Of a DNA stretch of 64,000 bases, positions 1 to 9,851 are shown piece by piece. A program made the translations under genes and the position numbers. How positions within the stretch are numbered: the first letter of the stretch is position 1; every line of letters begins with the position of its first letter. The notes under the pieces are model-generated. The model ran no database searches, had not been told where the DNA came from, and was given only the letters and a program-made list of their open reading frames with translations. Origin of the DNA: Candidatus Eiseniibacteriota bacterium (GTDB taxonomy: Bacteria > Eisenbacteria > RBG-16-71-46 > CAIMUX01 > VGJL01); contig JBHGAY010000001.1 of NCBI GenBank assembly GCA_041946735.1, positions 224,001 through 288,000 on the forward strand, read 5' to 3'.

Positions 1-2
1 AG

Positions 3-1019
3 CGGATCGATCAGAGCGAGGGACGCGCCGGAGACATCCTCGCGATCGCGGGAGTCGAGGGGATCCAGATCGGCGAGACGCTCACGAGCCTCGAGACCCC
101 GCGCCCGCTCCCGCCCCTCAGCATCGACGAGCCGACGATCGGAATGATCTTCACGATCAACACCTCGCCGTTCGCCGGGCGCGAAGGGACCTACGTGACG
201 TCGCGCCATCTGCGGGAGCGGCTGCAAAAGGAGCTTCTGACGAACGTCTCCATTCGAGTCGAGGAGGCGGGCGGCCCGGAGAGCTTCCAGGTGATGGGGC
301 GAGGGGAGCTGCAGCTCGCGATCCTGATCGAGATGATGCGGCGTGAGGGATACGAGCTGGCGGTCGGGAAGCCCGAGGTGCTCACGCGGACGGCGCCGGA
401 CGGCACGCTCGAGGAGCCGCAGGAGCTGCTGGTCGTCGACGTGCCGGATGCCTTCCTCGGCGTCGTCATGGAAATCGTGGGGACCCGGAAGGCGAAGATG
501 ACGAAGATGGTCAATCATGGCTCCGGCCGCGTGCGGCTGGAGTTCCACGTCCCCTCACGTGGACTGATCGGCCTGCGCGGCACCCTCCTCACCGAGACGC
601 GCGGCACGATCATCCTCAACTCCCTCTTCCTCGGCTACGTGGAGTGGCAGGGCGAGATCCCGATGCGGGTGACCGGCTCGCTCGTCGCGGACCGAGCCGG
701 GCGCGCGACGTCCTACGCGATCTTCAATCTGCAGGAACGCGGCGAGATCTTCGTGACACCTGGGACCGACGTGTACGAAGGGATGATCGTCGGCGAGAAC
801 GCGCGGCCCCGGGACATCAACGTGAACATCGTGAAGGAGAAGAGGCTGACGAACATGCGCGCTTCGACGGCGGAGGAGGGGATCCGCCTCGTGCCTCCGC
901 GGATCCTGAACCTCGAGCAGGCGATCGAGTTCGTCAACGAGGACGAGCTGGTCGAGGTCACGCCGAAATCGATCCGCTTGCGCAAGAAAGTCCTCGCGGC
1001 GAACCAGCGCTGGGTCTGA
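3..1019 (+). CDS. typA: Translational GTPase TypA/BipA, C-terminal part (5' end lies outside the window)
   Basis: Contains [40 protein letters not shown](R)LTNMRAS and [15 protein letters not shown], all characteristic of BipA C-terminal domains. The frame is open from the window start. Confidence 0.96.
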   Translation, partial: RIDQSEGRAGDILAIAGVEGIQIGETLTSLETPRPLPPLSIDEPTIGMIFTINTSPFAGREGTYVTSRHLRERLQKELLTNVSIRVEEAGGPESFQVMGRGELQLAILIEMMRREGYELAVGKPEVLTRTAPDGTLEEPQELLVVDVPDAFLGVVMEIVGTRKAKMTKMVNHGSGRVRLEFHVPSRGLIGLRGTLLTETRGTIILNSLFLGYVEWQGEIPMRVTGSLVADRAGRATSYAIFNLQERGEIFVTPGTDVYEGMIVGENARPRDINVNIVKEKRLTNMRASTAEEGIRLVPPRILNLEQAIEFVNEDELVEVTPKSIRLRKKVLAANQRWV

Positions 1020-1080
1020 CCGGCGCCGGCGCCGGCGTCGGAACACCGGCCAGGCTTTCACAGCGAGCGCCAAGCGCAGC

Positions 1081-1110
1081 GAAGCCCCGGGTGTCCACCC
1101 GGGGCTTCTT
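1081..1110. terminator. Probable intrinsic (possibly bidirectional) terminator hairpin between convergent typA and the RRM gene
   Basis: Perfect inverted repeat GAAGCCCCGGGTG-TC-CACCCGGGGCTTC followed by TT. Confidence 0.7.
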
Positions 1111-1175
1111 CATGCTGCCGTCGTTCGGGACCGATCTCGATCGAAGGATCTCGATCGTCCCGTGGATCTCGGGGG

Positions 1176-1484
1176 CTAGTAGCGCCGCCCGCCGCCGCCG
1201 CCGTACCCGCCACGACCGCCGCCACCGCCACGGTCCTCGCGAGGCCGCGCTTCGTTGACGGTGAGATCGCGTCCCTGGAAGTTCTGGCCGTTCAGCGCCT
1301 GGATCGCCCTCTGCGCCTCGTCGTTCCCAGCCATCTCGACAAATCCGAACCCCTTGCTGCGTCCCGTATCCCGATCCATGATCACCTGCGCGCTCTGAAC
1401 CGTCCCATGCTGCGAGAACAGCTCCTCGAGATCGGAATCGGTCACCCGGAAGCTCAGATTGCCGACGTACAACTTGGCACCCAT
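1176..1484 (-). CDS. RRM (RNP-1) RNA-binding protein with Gly-rich tail, 102 aa
   Basis: KLYVGNL (RNP2), [10 protein letters not shown] (RNP1), [10 protein letters not shown] and a [10 protein letters not shown] tail. GAAGGAG RBS lies 6 nt before ATG 1484. Confidence 0.95.
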   Translation of the reverse strand: MGAKLYVGNLSFRVTDSDLEELFSQHGTVQSAQVIMDRDTGRSKGFGFVEMAGNDEAQRAIQALNGQNFQGRDLTVNEARPREDRGGGGGRGGYGGGGGRRY

Positions 1485-2145
1485 GTGCATCTCCTTCTGA
1501 CAGAACAATGGACCCGTCACGGAATTCCTGGGTCCGCTAGGAACGGGTCCGACCATCGGACCCCGGGGAAGGGCGAGTGGGACCGAGCAGCGAGGACACT
1601 ATCACTACCACGTGGCCAAGTCTCAGCCGACAAGCCGATCAACCGGGACACTAGAGAGATCCCGGTAAGAAGTAAACACGAGAGGTCGTTTTGCGGGGCT
1701 TTCCCCGCGCCTTCCATCCGACTCTTTTCTCGGCAGGACCGGCGGCGGACTGAACCGGCGAGCTGCGGAGAAGCGGGAATCCCGTCGGCCTCGTCGGCAT
1801 CCGCGGAGGCAGACCCGGCGTCCCTCACGGGGCAGCTGCCCCGAGCCCCAGGAAGGTCGACCGCGGTAGTTGAATACCGGGCAATGGATTACGGCCGTAG
1901 GTCGGACATCCGGTCGCTCTCCTTCTTTCGGCGCGAAGCCGCGGGGCCGGGAGATCGCTCCGTCCGGCCCGCCTTCGCAGGAGTCGAGGATGGCGGGGCC
2001 GCCAAATCGGGAGGAGCCCGATGAGAGGCTCGAACCTCCTCACCGGCCTTGGAGACCGGCGGCCCCGCGCTACGTCCCGGACTGCCGGCGACCGCTCTTC
2101 TCGCCGGCGCGCCGGCAATCCGTCTTGACCATGTGACCGTCCGCG

Positions 2146-3558
2146 TCACTCGACGAGGATCACACGACGAGCTTCGGTCCTTGCCGCCGCCTCGATCCTG
2201 CAGAAGTAGGCTCCAGGCGGCAGCGGGCGCGCCACGAGTGCCTCCCAGGCGAGCTTCGTCTGCCCAGCCGGCAGGACGCCCCGCCAGGATCCGACCTGTC
2301 GTCCGGCGGGATCGACGAGCGTCAGCGTGACGCTGCCGGCCTCCGGCAGCCGCAGCATCAGGCTCGCCTGGTCGCGAACGGGATGGGGCAGAACCGTCAG
2401 GAGAGGCTGGAGTCCGTTCCACGGCTCGGGCGTCGCTGCCAGATCGAGTGTCGCCTTGACGTAGGTGACCTCGTTGGTCTGGCTGTTCCAGGCGAGCAGG
2501 TGGGCGACCGCGCCGCGAACCTCGAGGACCGGCCCCTCCCCGTCCGCCGTCGAGTCGAGCACCTCCTGAGCGACGAAGCCGCCGGCCGTCTCGACCGCGA
2601 GCATCAGCTTCCCCTGGCTCACGTCGTCATAGGCGACGACCGCGAGGCCGCCGGTCGCGATGTCGACATCCGCCTGGCCGTATCCCCAGCTGCCGGGGGG
2701 CGTGACGGCCGTCGACACCCATGTCCCGCCTGACTTCCGTGCGATCCAGATGCGGTCGCCGGTCTGGTAGCAGACGGTCGCAGCCCCGCTGGCATCGAGC
2801 GCGAGCCAGGATTCGTTGCCGATCCCGGGAGCCGAGGCGACCGGCTCCCACTGCCACGCTCCCGAAGCGTCGGTGGCGTATCGAATCTGCTGATCCTCGT
2901 AGAAGTAGTAGGCGATGTGCCCATGATCGGCCGGGTCGACGACCAGGTCGGGATACCGTCCCGCGAAGGTGCCGATCTCTCCCGAGCCGTCCACGACCAC
3001 GTGATTCCAATTCCCGCCCGGGGCCATCACGCCATAGTTCAGGCCGCTGTAGTTGTCGTAGTACGCGCAGCGCGGCAGCTCGGCAGGCGCCGGGCCGAGA
3101 TCGAGGGCGAACCAGCGCATATCCGGCCGGACCTCGGTGGCGACCCACGAGCCGCTGCGATTCGTGGCGTAGAAGAAGTCGTCGATCGCGCGGCCGCCGT
3201 CGTAGGCGACATGCCCCTTGCCGGCCGCGTCGACCGTTCCGGAGACGTTGAGCGAACCCCAGTCGCTCGTGTGATCGATCAGGATGGGCTCGCTCCAACT
3301 CCCCGACAGGTTCGTCCGGTAATAGAGGAGATCGGCGAGGGTATCGTCGAGATACGCATGTGCGAAGCCCTGCGAATCGACGCCCAGGTCGTAGTACCAG
3401 ATGAAGCCGTTGTGAATGACTTCCGTTTCCACCTGCAACGCGGCTGCGGGCGTTACGGCGGCGACAACGAGGACCGGCAACAGAAACCGTGCGATCGAAG
3501 CGAACGGCAAGCAGGCGGGCTTGCTCTTTCGAGAGATCGTGCGAGAGATCGTGCGCAT
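2146..3558 (-). CDS. Secreted beta-propeller-like repeat protein with C-terminal FlgD-Ig/T9SS-like domain
   Basis: Signal-like N-terminus; repeated 'D..G..H.AY....Y.TN.SGSW' blades; tail 'PHPVRD...DPAGRQV..W...LPPGAYFCRI'. Confidence 0.8.
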   Translation of the reverse strand: MRTISRTISRKSKPACLPFASIARFLLPVLVVAAVTPAAALQVETEVIHNGFIWYYDLGVDSQGFAHAYLDDTLADLLYYRTNLSGSWSEPILIDHTSDWGSLNVSGTVDAAGKGHVAYDGGRAIDDFFYATNRSGSWVATEVRPDMRWFALDLGPAPAELPRCAYYDNYSGLNYGVMAPGGNWNHVVVDGSGEIGTFAGRYPDLVVDPADHGHIAYYFYEDQQIRYATDASGAWQWEPVASAPGIGNESWLALDASGAATVCYQTGDRIWIARKSGGTWVSTAVTPPGSWGYGQADVDIATGGLAVVAYDDVSQGKLMLAVETAGGFVAQEVLDSTADGEGPVLEVRGAVAHLLAWNSQTNEVTYVKATLDLAATPEPWNGLQPLLTVLPHPVRDQASLMLRLPEAGSVTLTLVDPAGRQVGSWRGVLPAGQTKLAWEALVARPLPPGAYFCRIEAAARTEARRVILVE

Positions 3559-3713
3559 GCTTCACTCCCCCCTCTAGTCGAAAGGCTGCGATTGGCGGCG
3601 CTCGATCCGATCCGCTCGAAGAGGCGGCGTCCAGCTCACGGTCACGTGCGGATCTCGAGCGCGACTGAAGATACGCCGATTCTGCCGGGAATGGAAGGGC
3701 GCCTGGCGACCGC

Positions 3714-4583
3714 CTAGCGACCGTGCCCCGAGGGGTGGTGTCCGGGGGCGCAAAGGCTCTGCAGCGTTCCGAGACGCACCCGCTCCTCGGGCAGCATCTC
3801 TCCACGATCGATCTCGTTGCCGTCGGTATGGAAGGTGAAGCGCCTCCCGGCGGGGACGCGCTCGCTCGATCCGCTTCCGAGGACCGAGACCTCCACCGTC
3901 CCTTCGAGGACGCAGACGCAGGTTCCGAACGGCGGACGGATGACGGCGACGGTCGTGCCGCTGACGACGACCGCGACCTCCGGAGTCTCGACCGTGAGGC
4001 GGGCTCCGGGGAAGCGAGGCCCGGTCGTGATGCGCACCTCGCCCGTCGCGATCGATGCGTGCACGTCGCGTCCGAACCACCTGCCCGGAGCCGGCGGAAT
4101 GTCCATCTGGGTGCCGGGGAGGATCTGCAAGTAGACGTTCTCCGCGCTCGCAATCGTAACCAGAACCGAGTCGGCCAGATCGACGCGCGCCCCGCCGGTA
4201 AGGAGCTTGCCGAGCGTGGATCGGTCGGAAAGGGCCACCGTCCGGCCGTCGATCCGGATCGATCCCTCGTGCGGGCCGTCGAGCAACTGCCAGGAAGGGC
4301 CGCGGTTCGTCAGAAGGACCAAGGCCACGCTCGCCGCCAGGACGGCCGGGATCGCGATCCACCCGGGACGGAGAAGCCGGTCCAGCCACCGGCGGCGCGC
4401 GCCGGCCCCCGCAGCGGCCCGCGGAGCGAGCCGGCCGGCGACGAACTCCTGGCGCATCCGATTGCGGAATGCATCCGAGGGGCGCGGCTCCGGCAGGGCC
4501 CTGAGAAGCGAGCGCACCCGCTCCTCCTCTCCCGCCGGCGGGATCCGCCCGCCTGTCCGCTGCTCGCCTTCGTGCCCGCTCAT
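3714..4583 (-). CDS. Single-pass anti-sigma factor with FecR-like periplasmic domain
   Basis: N-terminal 'LLRALPEPRPSDAFRNRM', one TM helix, FecR-like 'VETPEVAVVVSGT...CVLEGTVEV'. ATGA overlap with the upstream sigma gene. Confidence 0.8.
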   Translation of the reverse strand: MSGHEGEQRTGGRIPPAGEEERVRSLLRALPEPRPSDAFRNRMRQEFVAGRLAPRAAAGAGARRRWLDRLLRPGWIAIPAVLAASVALVLLTNRGPSWQLLDGPHEGSIRIDGRTVALSDRSTLGKLLTGGARVDLADSVLVTIASAENVYLQILPGTQMDIPPAPGRWFGRDVHASIATGEVRITTGPRFPGARLTVETPEVAVVVSGTTVAVIRPPFGTCVCVLEGTVEVSVLGSGSSERVPAGRRFTFHTDGNEIDRGEMLPEERVRLGTLQSLCAPGHHPSGHGR

Positions 4584-5410
4584 CGGTCCATCCCCTTCAA
4601 GCTGCGCGCGAGCTCGGCGAGCGCCCGCGAGTAGCGCTTGCGCGCCGCCTCGTGCGTTACGCCGAGAGCCGCCGCGATCTCCTTGTGATCGAGCCCTTCG
4701 TAGTCATGGAGCAGGACCACCTCGCGCAGCGACGGATCGAGTTCCGAGACGGCGCGCGTCACCCTCTCGTTTCGCCGGCGCTCCGCAAGCAGGTCCTCGG
4801 GAGTCGGAGCGCGCCTGCCGTCCCACGCCTGCTCGTGCACCTCCTCGATCGGCACGCTCGCCTGATCCATGCGATACCGCGCGGATCGCCAGACCGACCG
4901 GCAGGCGTTGACCGTTGTCGCGAGCATCCACGGAACCGGATCGCGTTCCGGGTCGAGGCGTGCGGCGCCGCGCTGGATGCGATAGCACACCTCCTGCGCC
5001 ACCTCTTCTGCCGCGGGCCGTGTTCCCAGCAGGCGATGAGAGAGGGCATAGATCCGGTCGAAATAGAGATCGAAGAAGACCCCCAGAGCCTCGGGATCTC
5101 CGCGGCGCACCCCCTCGAGAGTCGTCGCGTCCACCCGAGGCCAGCGGCGCGACGCTTCGCGGTCGGGCGCGCTAGAAGAGGGAGCGGGAGAGGAGGCGGC
5201 CGCGACCCCGCCGCTCGAGTTCCCCTCGGGGACGGACTGGGGACGATCGTCGCGGCGATCTGGATCGAGCGGCTTCACGAGTCGAAGAGAACCTCCGTGC
5301 GGTACGGGACCCTCTCGGCTCTCCTCCCGCTTCCGCTCTTGCCACGACCAGCCCTCGCCCCTGCGCCGGGGCGCCTCGAACGCAATGAGGACCGTACGGA
5401 ATTCTCCCAT
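4580..5410 (-). CDS. ECF-family RNA polymerase sigma factor (start uncertain)
   Basis: Region 2 'GDPEALGVFFDLY...AEEVAQEV...W...VNACRSVWR'; region 4 'REVVLLHDYEGLDHKEIAAALG...RYSRA'. Confidence 0.92.
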   Translation of the reverse strand: MGEFRTVLIAFEAPRRRGEGWSWQERKREESREGPVPHGGSLRLVKPLDPDRRDDRPQSVPEGNSSGGVAAASSPAPSSSAPDREASRRWPRVDATTLEGVRRGDPEALGVFFDLYFDRIYALSHRLLGTRPAAEEVAQEVCYRIQRGAARLDPERDPVPWMLATTVNACRSVWRSARYRMDQASVPIEEVHEQAWDGRRAPTPEDLLAERRRNERVTRAVSELDPSLREVVLLHDYEGLDHKEIAAALGVTHEAARKRYSRALAELARSLKGMDR

Positions 5411-5558
5411 CTCTTCCCATCCCGACCGGCGTACGGTGCGCGCCCGTCCGCTCCCGCCTTGCCTCGCCCGCGCGCATGCGGCGCGATCGATCCTTCCCTG
5501 GGAGAACTACGCAAGAGGAGTCGAATCGTGACCCGCGTGCGGCGGTCGCGCGGAATCG

Positions 5559-5584
5559 TGTCACACGCGGCGAGGCTTCCCGTA
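5559..5584 (+). promoter_or_regulatory. Possible ECF-type promoter upstream of the spondin-domain gene
   Basis: TGTCACA-N15-CGTA, resembling ECF -35/-10 elements, in the divergent region next to the ECF sigma gene. Confidence 0.35.
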
Positions 5585-5723
5585 CTCCCCATGTCCGGCT
5601 GCCCGGGCGAAAGGCCATCGCCCGGCCGCGCCGGCCGGTCCCACCGACGGTGGGGCCACGGGCAAGAGACGGACGAACAGGCTGCAAGACGAACCCAAAC
5701 GATCGCAGACAAGGAGGGCAACG

Positions 5724-6439
5724 ATGAAGCATCAGAAGCATCGAACGAGGATGATCGCTCTCGCCGCGCTCTTCTCGACGACGACGCTGATCGCCGCGGC
5801 CGGGGCGATGACCTACGAGATCACCGTCGAGAACGCCGTCACGCCGGGCGGGATGGAGATGGGTCAGCCGTTCTCACGCCCGGTCGCAGTCGTCCACGGC
5901 GCCGGCTACTCGCAGTGGGCGCCGGGCGGCCAGGCCTCCCCCGGGCTCGAGCTCGTCGCGCGCGAAGGCAACCCGACCGTGCTCGCGATGGAAGCGGAGA
6001 ACAACGCCGACGTCTACGACGTCGTCGTGGGCGAAGTGGACCCTTCTTCGACTCGGTCTCCTTCTCCGTCGAGGGAGACCCTGGAGATCTGTTCTCGATC
6101 GCGTGGATGCTGGGGCGCACGAACGACCTCTTCGCCGGTCTCCACGACGTTGCCCTTCCCGCGCAGGGGGTGGACGTCCAGGACGCCGACGTCTGGGACT
6201 CGGGGACCGAGGTGAACACCGGCATGATCGAAGACCTGGGCTTCTACGGGCACCCGAACACGGGACCTGACGAGGACGCGCCGATCACGTCGATCGCGAG
6301 TTACACCGTCTACGACGACCCGACCTATGGCGAGCTGACCTGGAACTTCCCGCCGGGCGGGCGCGTCACGATCCGCTCCGTTCCACCGACTGCCACGAGC
6401 GAGACGACTTGGGGCGCGGTGAAGTCGCTCTTCCGTTGA
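5724..6439 (+). pseudogene. Secreted spondin-N-domain protein with TTWGAVKSLFR tail, split by a 1-nt frameshift near 6035-6042 (pseudogene or sequencing error)
   Basis: The frame from 5724 gives a signal peptide plus 'YEITVEN...QPFSRPVAVVH...ASPGLELVAREGN'. Another frame continues 'SIAWMLGRTNDLFAGL...VWDSGTEVN'. Both are halves of the spondin_N pattern. Confidence 0.8.
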
Positions 6440-6526
6440 TCCTTTCGCTCATCTGAATCATCAAGCAGAAGAGGGGTGGACCGGCTCGAGGACGGAACGG
6501 GCCAGGAGATCCATCCGAGCAAGAGC

Positions 6527-6562
6527 GCCGGCCGGTCCAGGAGCGACTCTGGACCGGCCGGC
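6527..6562. terminator. Strong hairpin between convergent genes (probable bidirectional terminator)
   Basis: 14-bp perfect stem GCCGGCCGGTCCAG / CTGGACCGGCCGGC with an 8-nt loop. Confidence 0.6.
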
Positions 6563-6599
6563 TTATCTGTCGCGAATCTTCGCCCAAACGTCGAAACGT

Positions 6600-7403
6600 C
6601 TAGCGGAACAGGCCCTTCACGGCGCCCCAGGTCGTCTCCTCGACCGCCACCGGTCCACCGGCGCCGACATCGTAAGACTCCCACTGAGCGGTGTTGGCAT
6701 TGTACAGATAGACGAGGCCGTCGAGGCCGACGCCGAACGAGAAGTCCGTGTTGAAGTCGCCGGGAGAACCGATCGGCACGTTGCACTGGCCGATCCGGTT
6801 GCCCGCGAGATCCCACTCGGACACGACGCCGTTGGAGCAGGTGAGGATCCTGCCGTCGGCCGTCGTTTCCATCTGGACGTTGTCCGGATAGTCCGTCTCG
6901 CCTCCGCCCATGCCGATGAGCGGCACGTTACCGATCGGCGAGCCGTTGGCGGCGTCGAAACGGTAGAGTGTCGGCGCCGCGAACACGTAGAGCTCCGTGT
7001 CGTCACCGTTGAGGCTGGCGGCGGACTGGCAGTCCGGATCGGAAATCCCGTAGAGGAGCGTGGCGACGCCGCTCTGCGAGATCGAGTAGACGTTGCCGCA
7101 GAACTCCTTGGCGTAGAGCTGCCCGCCGTTGCTGGCGTAGAGCGAACGGAAGTCGATCTGCGGGTAGTAGGTGTTCAGGAGCGTCCCGTCGACGCTGTAC
7201 TGGCTCAGCGGGCAACCGGGGTTGCCACCCGGCGCGAGCCAGACGTAGGTCCCGTCCATTTCGGCCGTCATCGTCGTCCAGCCCTGCGAGTTGTCAGGGT
7301 AGGTATAAACGAGAACGCCCGTGTCGCTCAGCGTCCCCGAAGCGAGCGCCGATCCAGTGGCGGCGAAGGCCAGGACGAAGAGAGCTACTACCAATTTCTT
7401 CAT
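6600..7403 (-). CDS. Secreted protein (propeller-like) with C-terminal VEETTWGAVKGLFR motif, 267 aa
   Basis: Classic signal peptide MKKLVVALFVLAFAATGSALA; GGAGGG RBS. Confidence 0.85.
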   Translation of the reverse strand: MKKLVVALFVLAFAATGSALASGTLSDTGVLVYTYPDNSQGWTTMTAEMDGTYVWLAPGGNPGCPLSQYSVDGTLLNTYYPQIDFRSLYASNGGQLYAKEFCGNVYSISQSGVATLLYGISDPDCQSAASLNGDDTELYVFAAPTLYRFDAANGSPIGNVPLIGMGGGETDYPDNVQMETTADGRILTCSNGVVSEWDLAGNRIGQCNVPIGSPGDFNTDFSFGVGLDGLVYLYNANTAQWESYDVGAGGPVAVEETTWGAVKGLFR

Positions 7404-7463
7404 AGAATCCACCCTCCCGTATTTGATGAGCCCGGATAGAACGGCCGCTTTACCGGCGCTTGA

Positions 7464-7492
7464 ATGTTACGCTGGGCGACAGGATCCGTCAA
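7464..7492 (-). promoter_or_regulatory. Sigma70-type promoter for the 7403 gene
   Basis: TTGACG-N17-TAACAT on the minus strand, about 60 nt upstream of the ATG. Confidence 0.55.
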
Positions 7493-7677
7493 CGAATGCG
7501 GGGCGCACGCAGTGTTCTGCGAATGGATTTCGATCCAGCAAACTCCCCGAGACCCGCCCCATCTCCGGTTTCATGGAAATCATCGCCCTTTTCGTAGGAC
7601 AGACAGGAAGGGGCACCACCGGTGGCGGTCGGCGGTCGGCGACCTGAGGCCGGCAGGCGCCGGTTGGGAATCGGCCC

Positions 7678-8244
7678 TTACGTCTCCCGGCTCCGCCGAA
7701 ACGCCCACGACAGGAGGATGGGGTCCCGAGCGGCCTCGGTGCACAGCATCTCCGGCAAGGGCCGGATTCCGATGCGTCCGAGGTCGAGACGGTCCGCGTC
7801 CCAGCAGGTCTGGATCGTCACGTCCGCTTGCAGCTGGCCGTGGCTATGGTCCCGGCAGGCGAAGAGGAGGAGGTCGAGATCCTCCTTCTCGAGCTGGAAG
7901 GCGTTGCCGGCGAGCGAGAGCGCGAAAGCCGCGGCCCGCAGGCCGTGGTCGCGGTCCTCCGTATCCGAGACCCGGCGGGCGTCGTGGATCAGCGCGAACA
8001 GCTCCACGACCGGCTGCTTCGCCCCGGTCAGCGGCGCGAGCCGGATCCCGTTCTCCAGCACCCGCTTCCAATGCGGCCTCCCGTGCACCCCTTCCAGATC
8101 GAGCAGGAACTGGCGTTCGATCGTGGAGAGAAGCAGCGGGTAGCGAATGGTCCCGGGCTGCAGACCGCTGGCCGGGGGGGGCCCGGCCGGCTCTTGACGT
8201 CCGGGCCCGTCGTGAGGCACTCCCGTTTCTCCCGTTTCTTCCAT
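7678..8244 (-). CDS. Small HD-domain phosphohydrolase, 188 aa
   Basis: HGRPHWKRV, LIHDARR, DHG and CWDADRLDLGR motifs. ATG overlaps the upstream stop (TGATG). Confidence 0.85.
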   Translation of the reverse strand: MEETGETGVPHDGPGRQEPAGPPPASGLQPGTIRYPLLLSTIERQFLLDLEGVHGRPHWKRVLENGIRLAPLTGAKQPVVELFALIHDARRVSDTEDRDHGLRAAAFALSLAGNAFQLEKEDLDLLLFACRDHSHGQLQADVTIQTCWDADRLDLGRIGIRPLPEMLCTEAARDPILLSWAFRRSRET

Positions 8245-9680
8245 CACCGGGAACGTATCAGACGGACGGTCGCTCCACCCTTCCCTTCGGTCGTCACGAG
8301 ATACACTCCGGCCGGGACTTCGCGGCCCTGCTCGTCGCGGCCATCCCAGACGACCGTTCCGTCCGGCGCTTCGAGCATCCGGACCCGCCGTCCGGACAGG
8401 TCGACGATCGCAGCCCTCCGTCCCGTCGACAGCCGGATCTCCGTGGCCCGTTGGAACGGATTCGGCACGGCGGCGATCGTAGGGACCGCTGTCGCCGTGA
8501 CGCCCGGCTCCGGGACGGCATCCGGACGGAGCCATGCGATCCGCTTCTTGTAGATCACGCCCTGGAAGCTCGGAAGGAAGCCGACGCACCAGACGTCCGC
8601 CGAGTCCGATACGAGGGGCTCCCAGTCGATCGCCGACATCTCGGCCCCCGTATCCTGATCGAGGTTCCAGCTGTTGCCGCCGTCGAGCGACTCCCAGATT
8701 CCGCCTCCGGCGTTGTTGAAGCGCGTCCCGCCGGCCGCGAAGCCGTGGAAGAGATCGAAGACCTGGACGACGCGGATCGGATAGTTCGTCTGCAGCACCC
8801 TGCCGCTCCAGGTCGCTCCGCCGTCGGAGGAGCGGTGGACCCACCCGCTGACCGGCGCGGAGATCTGTCCCCCGCCCGTCCATCCCAGAATCCCGTCGGC
8901 GAACGAAACGCCGCCGTCGAAGACGTTGTCGACCGAGTGCCGGGAAGACCAGGTAAGGCCGCCGTCGGTGGAGTTGCAGAGCTGGATCCCGGTCACCCAG
9001 GCGCGGAGGGCCGCATCGAACGTGAAGTTGCCTGCGAACCAGCCGCCCGTCGGGTCCGCCTGGATCTTCGTCCAGTCGGCCGCTGTTCGCCCTCCGTTCG
9101 TCGTGACGTAGACATATCCCTGATAGCCGTAAGCGATCCCGTGCATGGAGTCGGCGAAACGAATGTTCAAGAGCCAGTTGGCCGGGTCGAGGACGACGTC
9201 CGGCGACCAGGTCGCGCCACCGTCGTCGGTCCAGCGGAGGATTCCGGCCCCGCTCTGGTTCTGGAATCCCGCGACGACCGCCGTTTGGGCGGAGAAGGCA
9301 TGCACGCCGTACCAGTAGTACGGGAAGCCGACGTTCATCGCCGTCGTCCAGCTCGCGCCCCCGTTGGTCGTGTGGTACACCGCGCCGAGTTCGGCCGACG
9401 CGAAGCCGTTCAAGGGATCGGCAAAGGAAACTCCGGTCAAGACGTTGGAGACGGTTTGCTGCAGGACCCATCCGGTCCGGTCGCCGGTCGGAGCTTCGAC
9501 CGGCTGTTGCACGAAGTCCGGACCTCCCGAGACGGGGATCCTCTGCAGAAGAGCCTCCCCGGCACGAAGGTCGCGGCGCTCGGGGCTGATCGCATCAGCC
9601 TGCGATAGGAGCGGCGAGAGCAGGAGCGACAACAGAATAGAGGAGGAAAGAGCGAGGAGACAGAAGCGTGGAGATCGCAT
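8244..9680 (-). CDS. Secreted YCF48/BNR (Asp-box) repeat beta-propeller protein with FlgD-Ig/T9SS-like tail
   Basis: Signal peptide; repeated 'T.DGG.TW' Asp boxes; tail 'PNPFQRATEI...DLSGRRVR...WDGRDEQGREVPAGVYLV'. Confidence 0.88.
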   Translation of the reverse strand: MRSPRFCLLALSSSILLSLLLSPLLSQADAISPERRDLRAGEALLQRIPVSGGPDFVQQPVEAPTGDRTGWVLQQTVSNVLTGVSFADPLNGFASAELGAVYHTTNGGASWTTAMNVGFPYYWYGVHAFSAQTAVVAGFQNQSGAGILRWTDDGGATWSPDVVLDPANWLLNIRFADSMHGIAYGYQGYVYVTTNGGRTAADWTKIQADPTGGWFAGNFTFDAALRAWVTGIQLCNSTDGGLTWSSRHSVDNVFDGGVSFADGILGWTGGGQISAPVSGWVHRSSDGGATWSGRVLQTNYPIRVVQVFDLFHGFAAGGTRFNNAGGGIWESLDGGNSWNLDQDTGAEMSAIDWEPLVSDSADVWCVGFLPSFQGVIYKKRIAWLRPDAVPEPGVTATAVPTIAAVPNPFQRATEIRLSTGRRAAIVDLSGRRVRMLEAPDGTVVWDGRDEQGREVPAGVYLVTTEGKGGATVRLIRSR

Positions 9681-9851
9681 GCTGCACCTCCGGGATTGTC
9701 CGTATTCGGTTGCGGGGCTCGCGCTGGCGGGCCTCCTGAAGCACGCGCAGAAGGATACGGCAGCGGCATGGACCTGTCCATCCACGCTGCGGGCCGCGCT
9801 ACCGCCGGCGACGCAGGCGCGGAGAACCGGGCCAGGGTGGACCGGTCTCCG

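Noticed and set aside
1620..2140. Short ORFs in the gap, including a 35-aa ORF at 2021 after GGAGGAG
   Set aside because: No recognisable motif and low-complexity composition; cannot be supported without expression data.
4652..6439. 595-aa plus-strand ORF as a single gene
   Set aside because: Only the last ~133 aa look coding (3' half of the frameshifted spondin gene); the rest is antisense to the ECF sigma gene.
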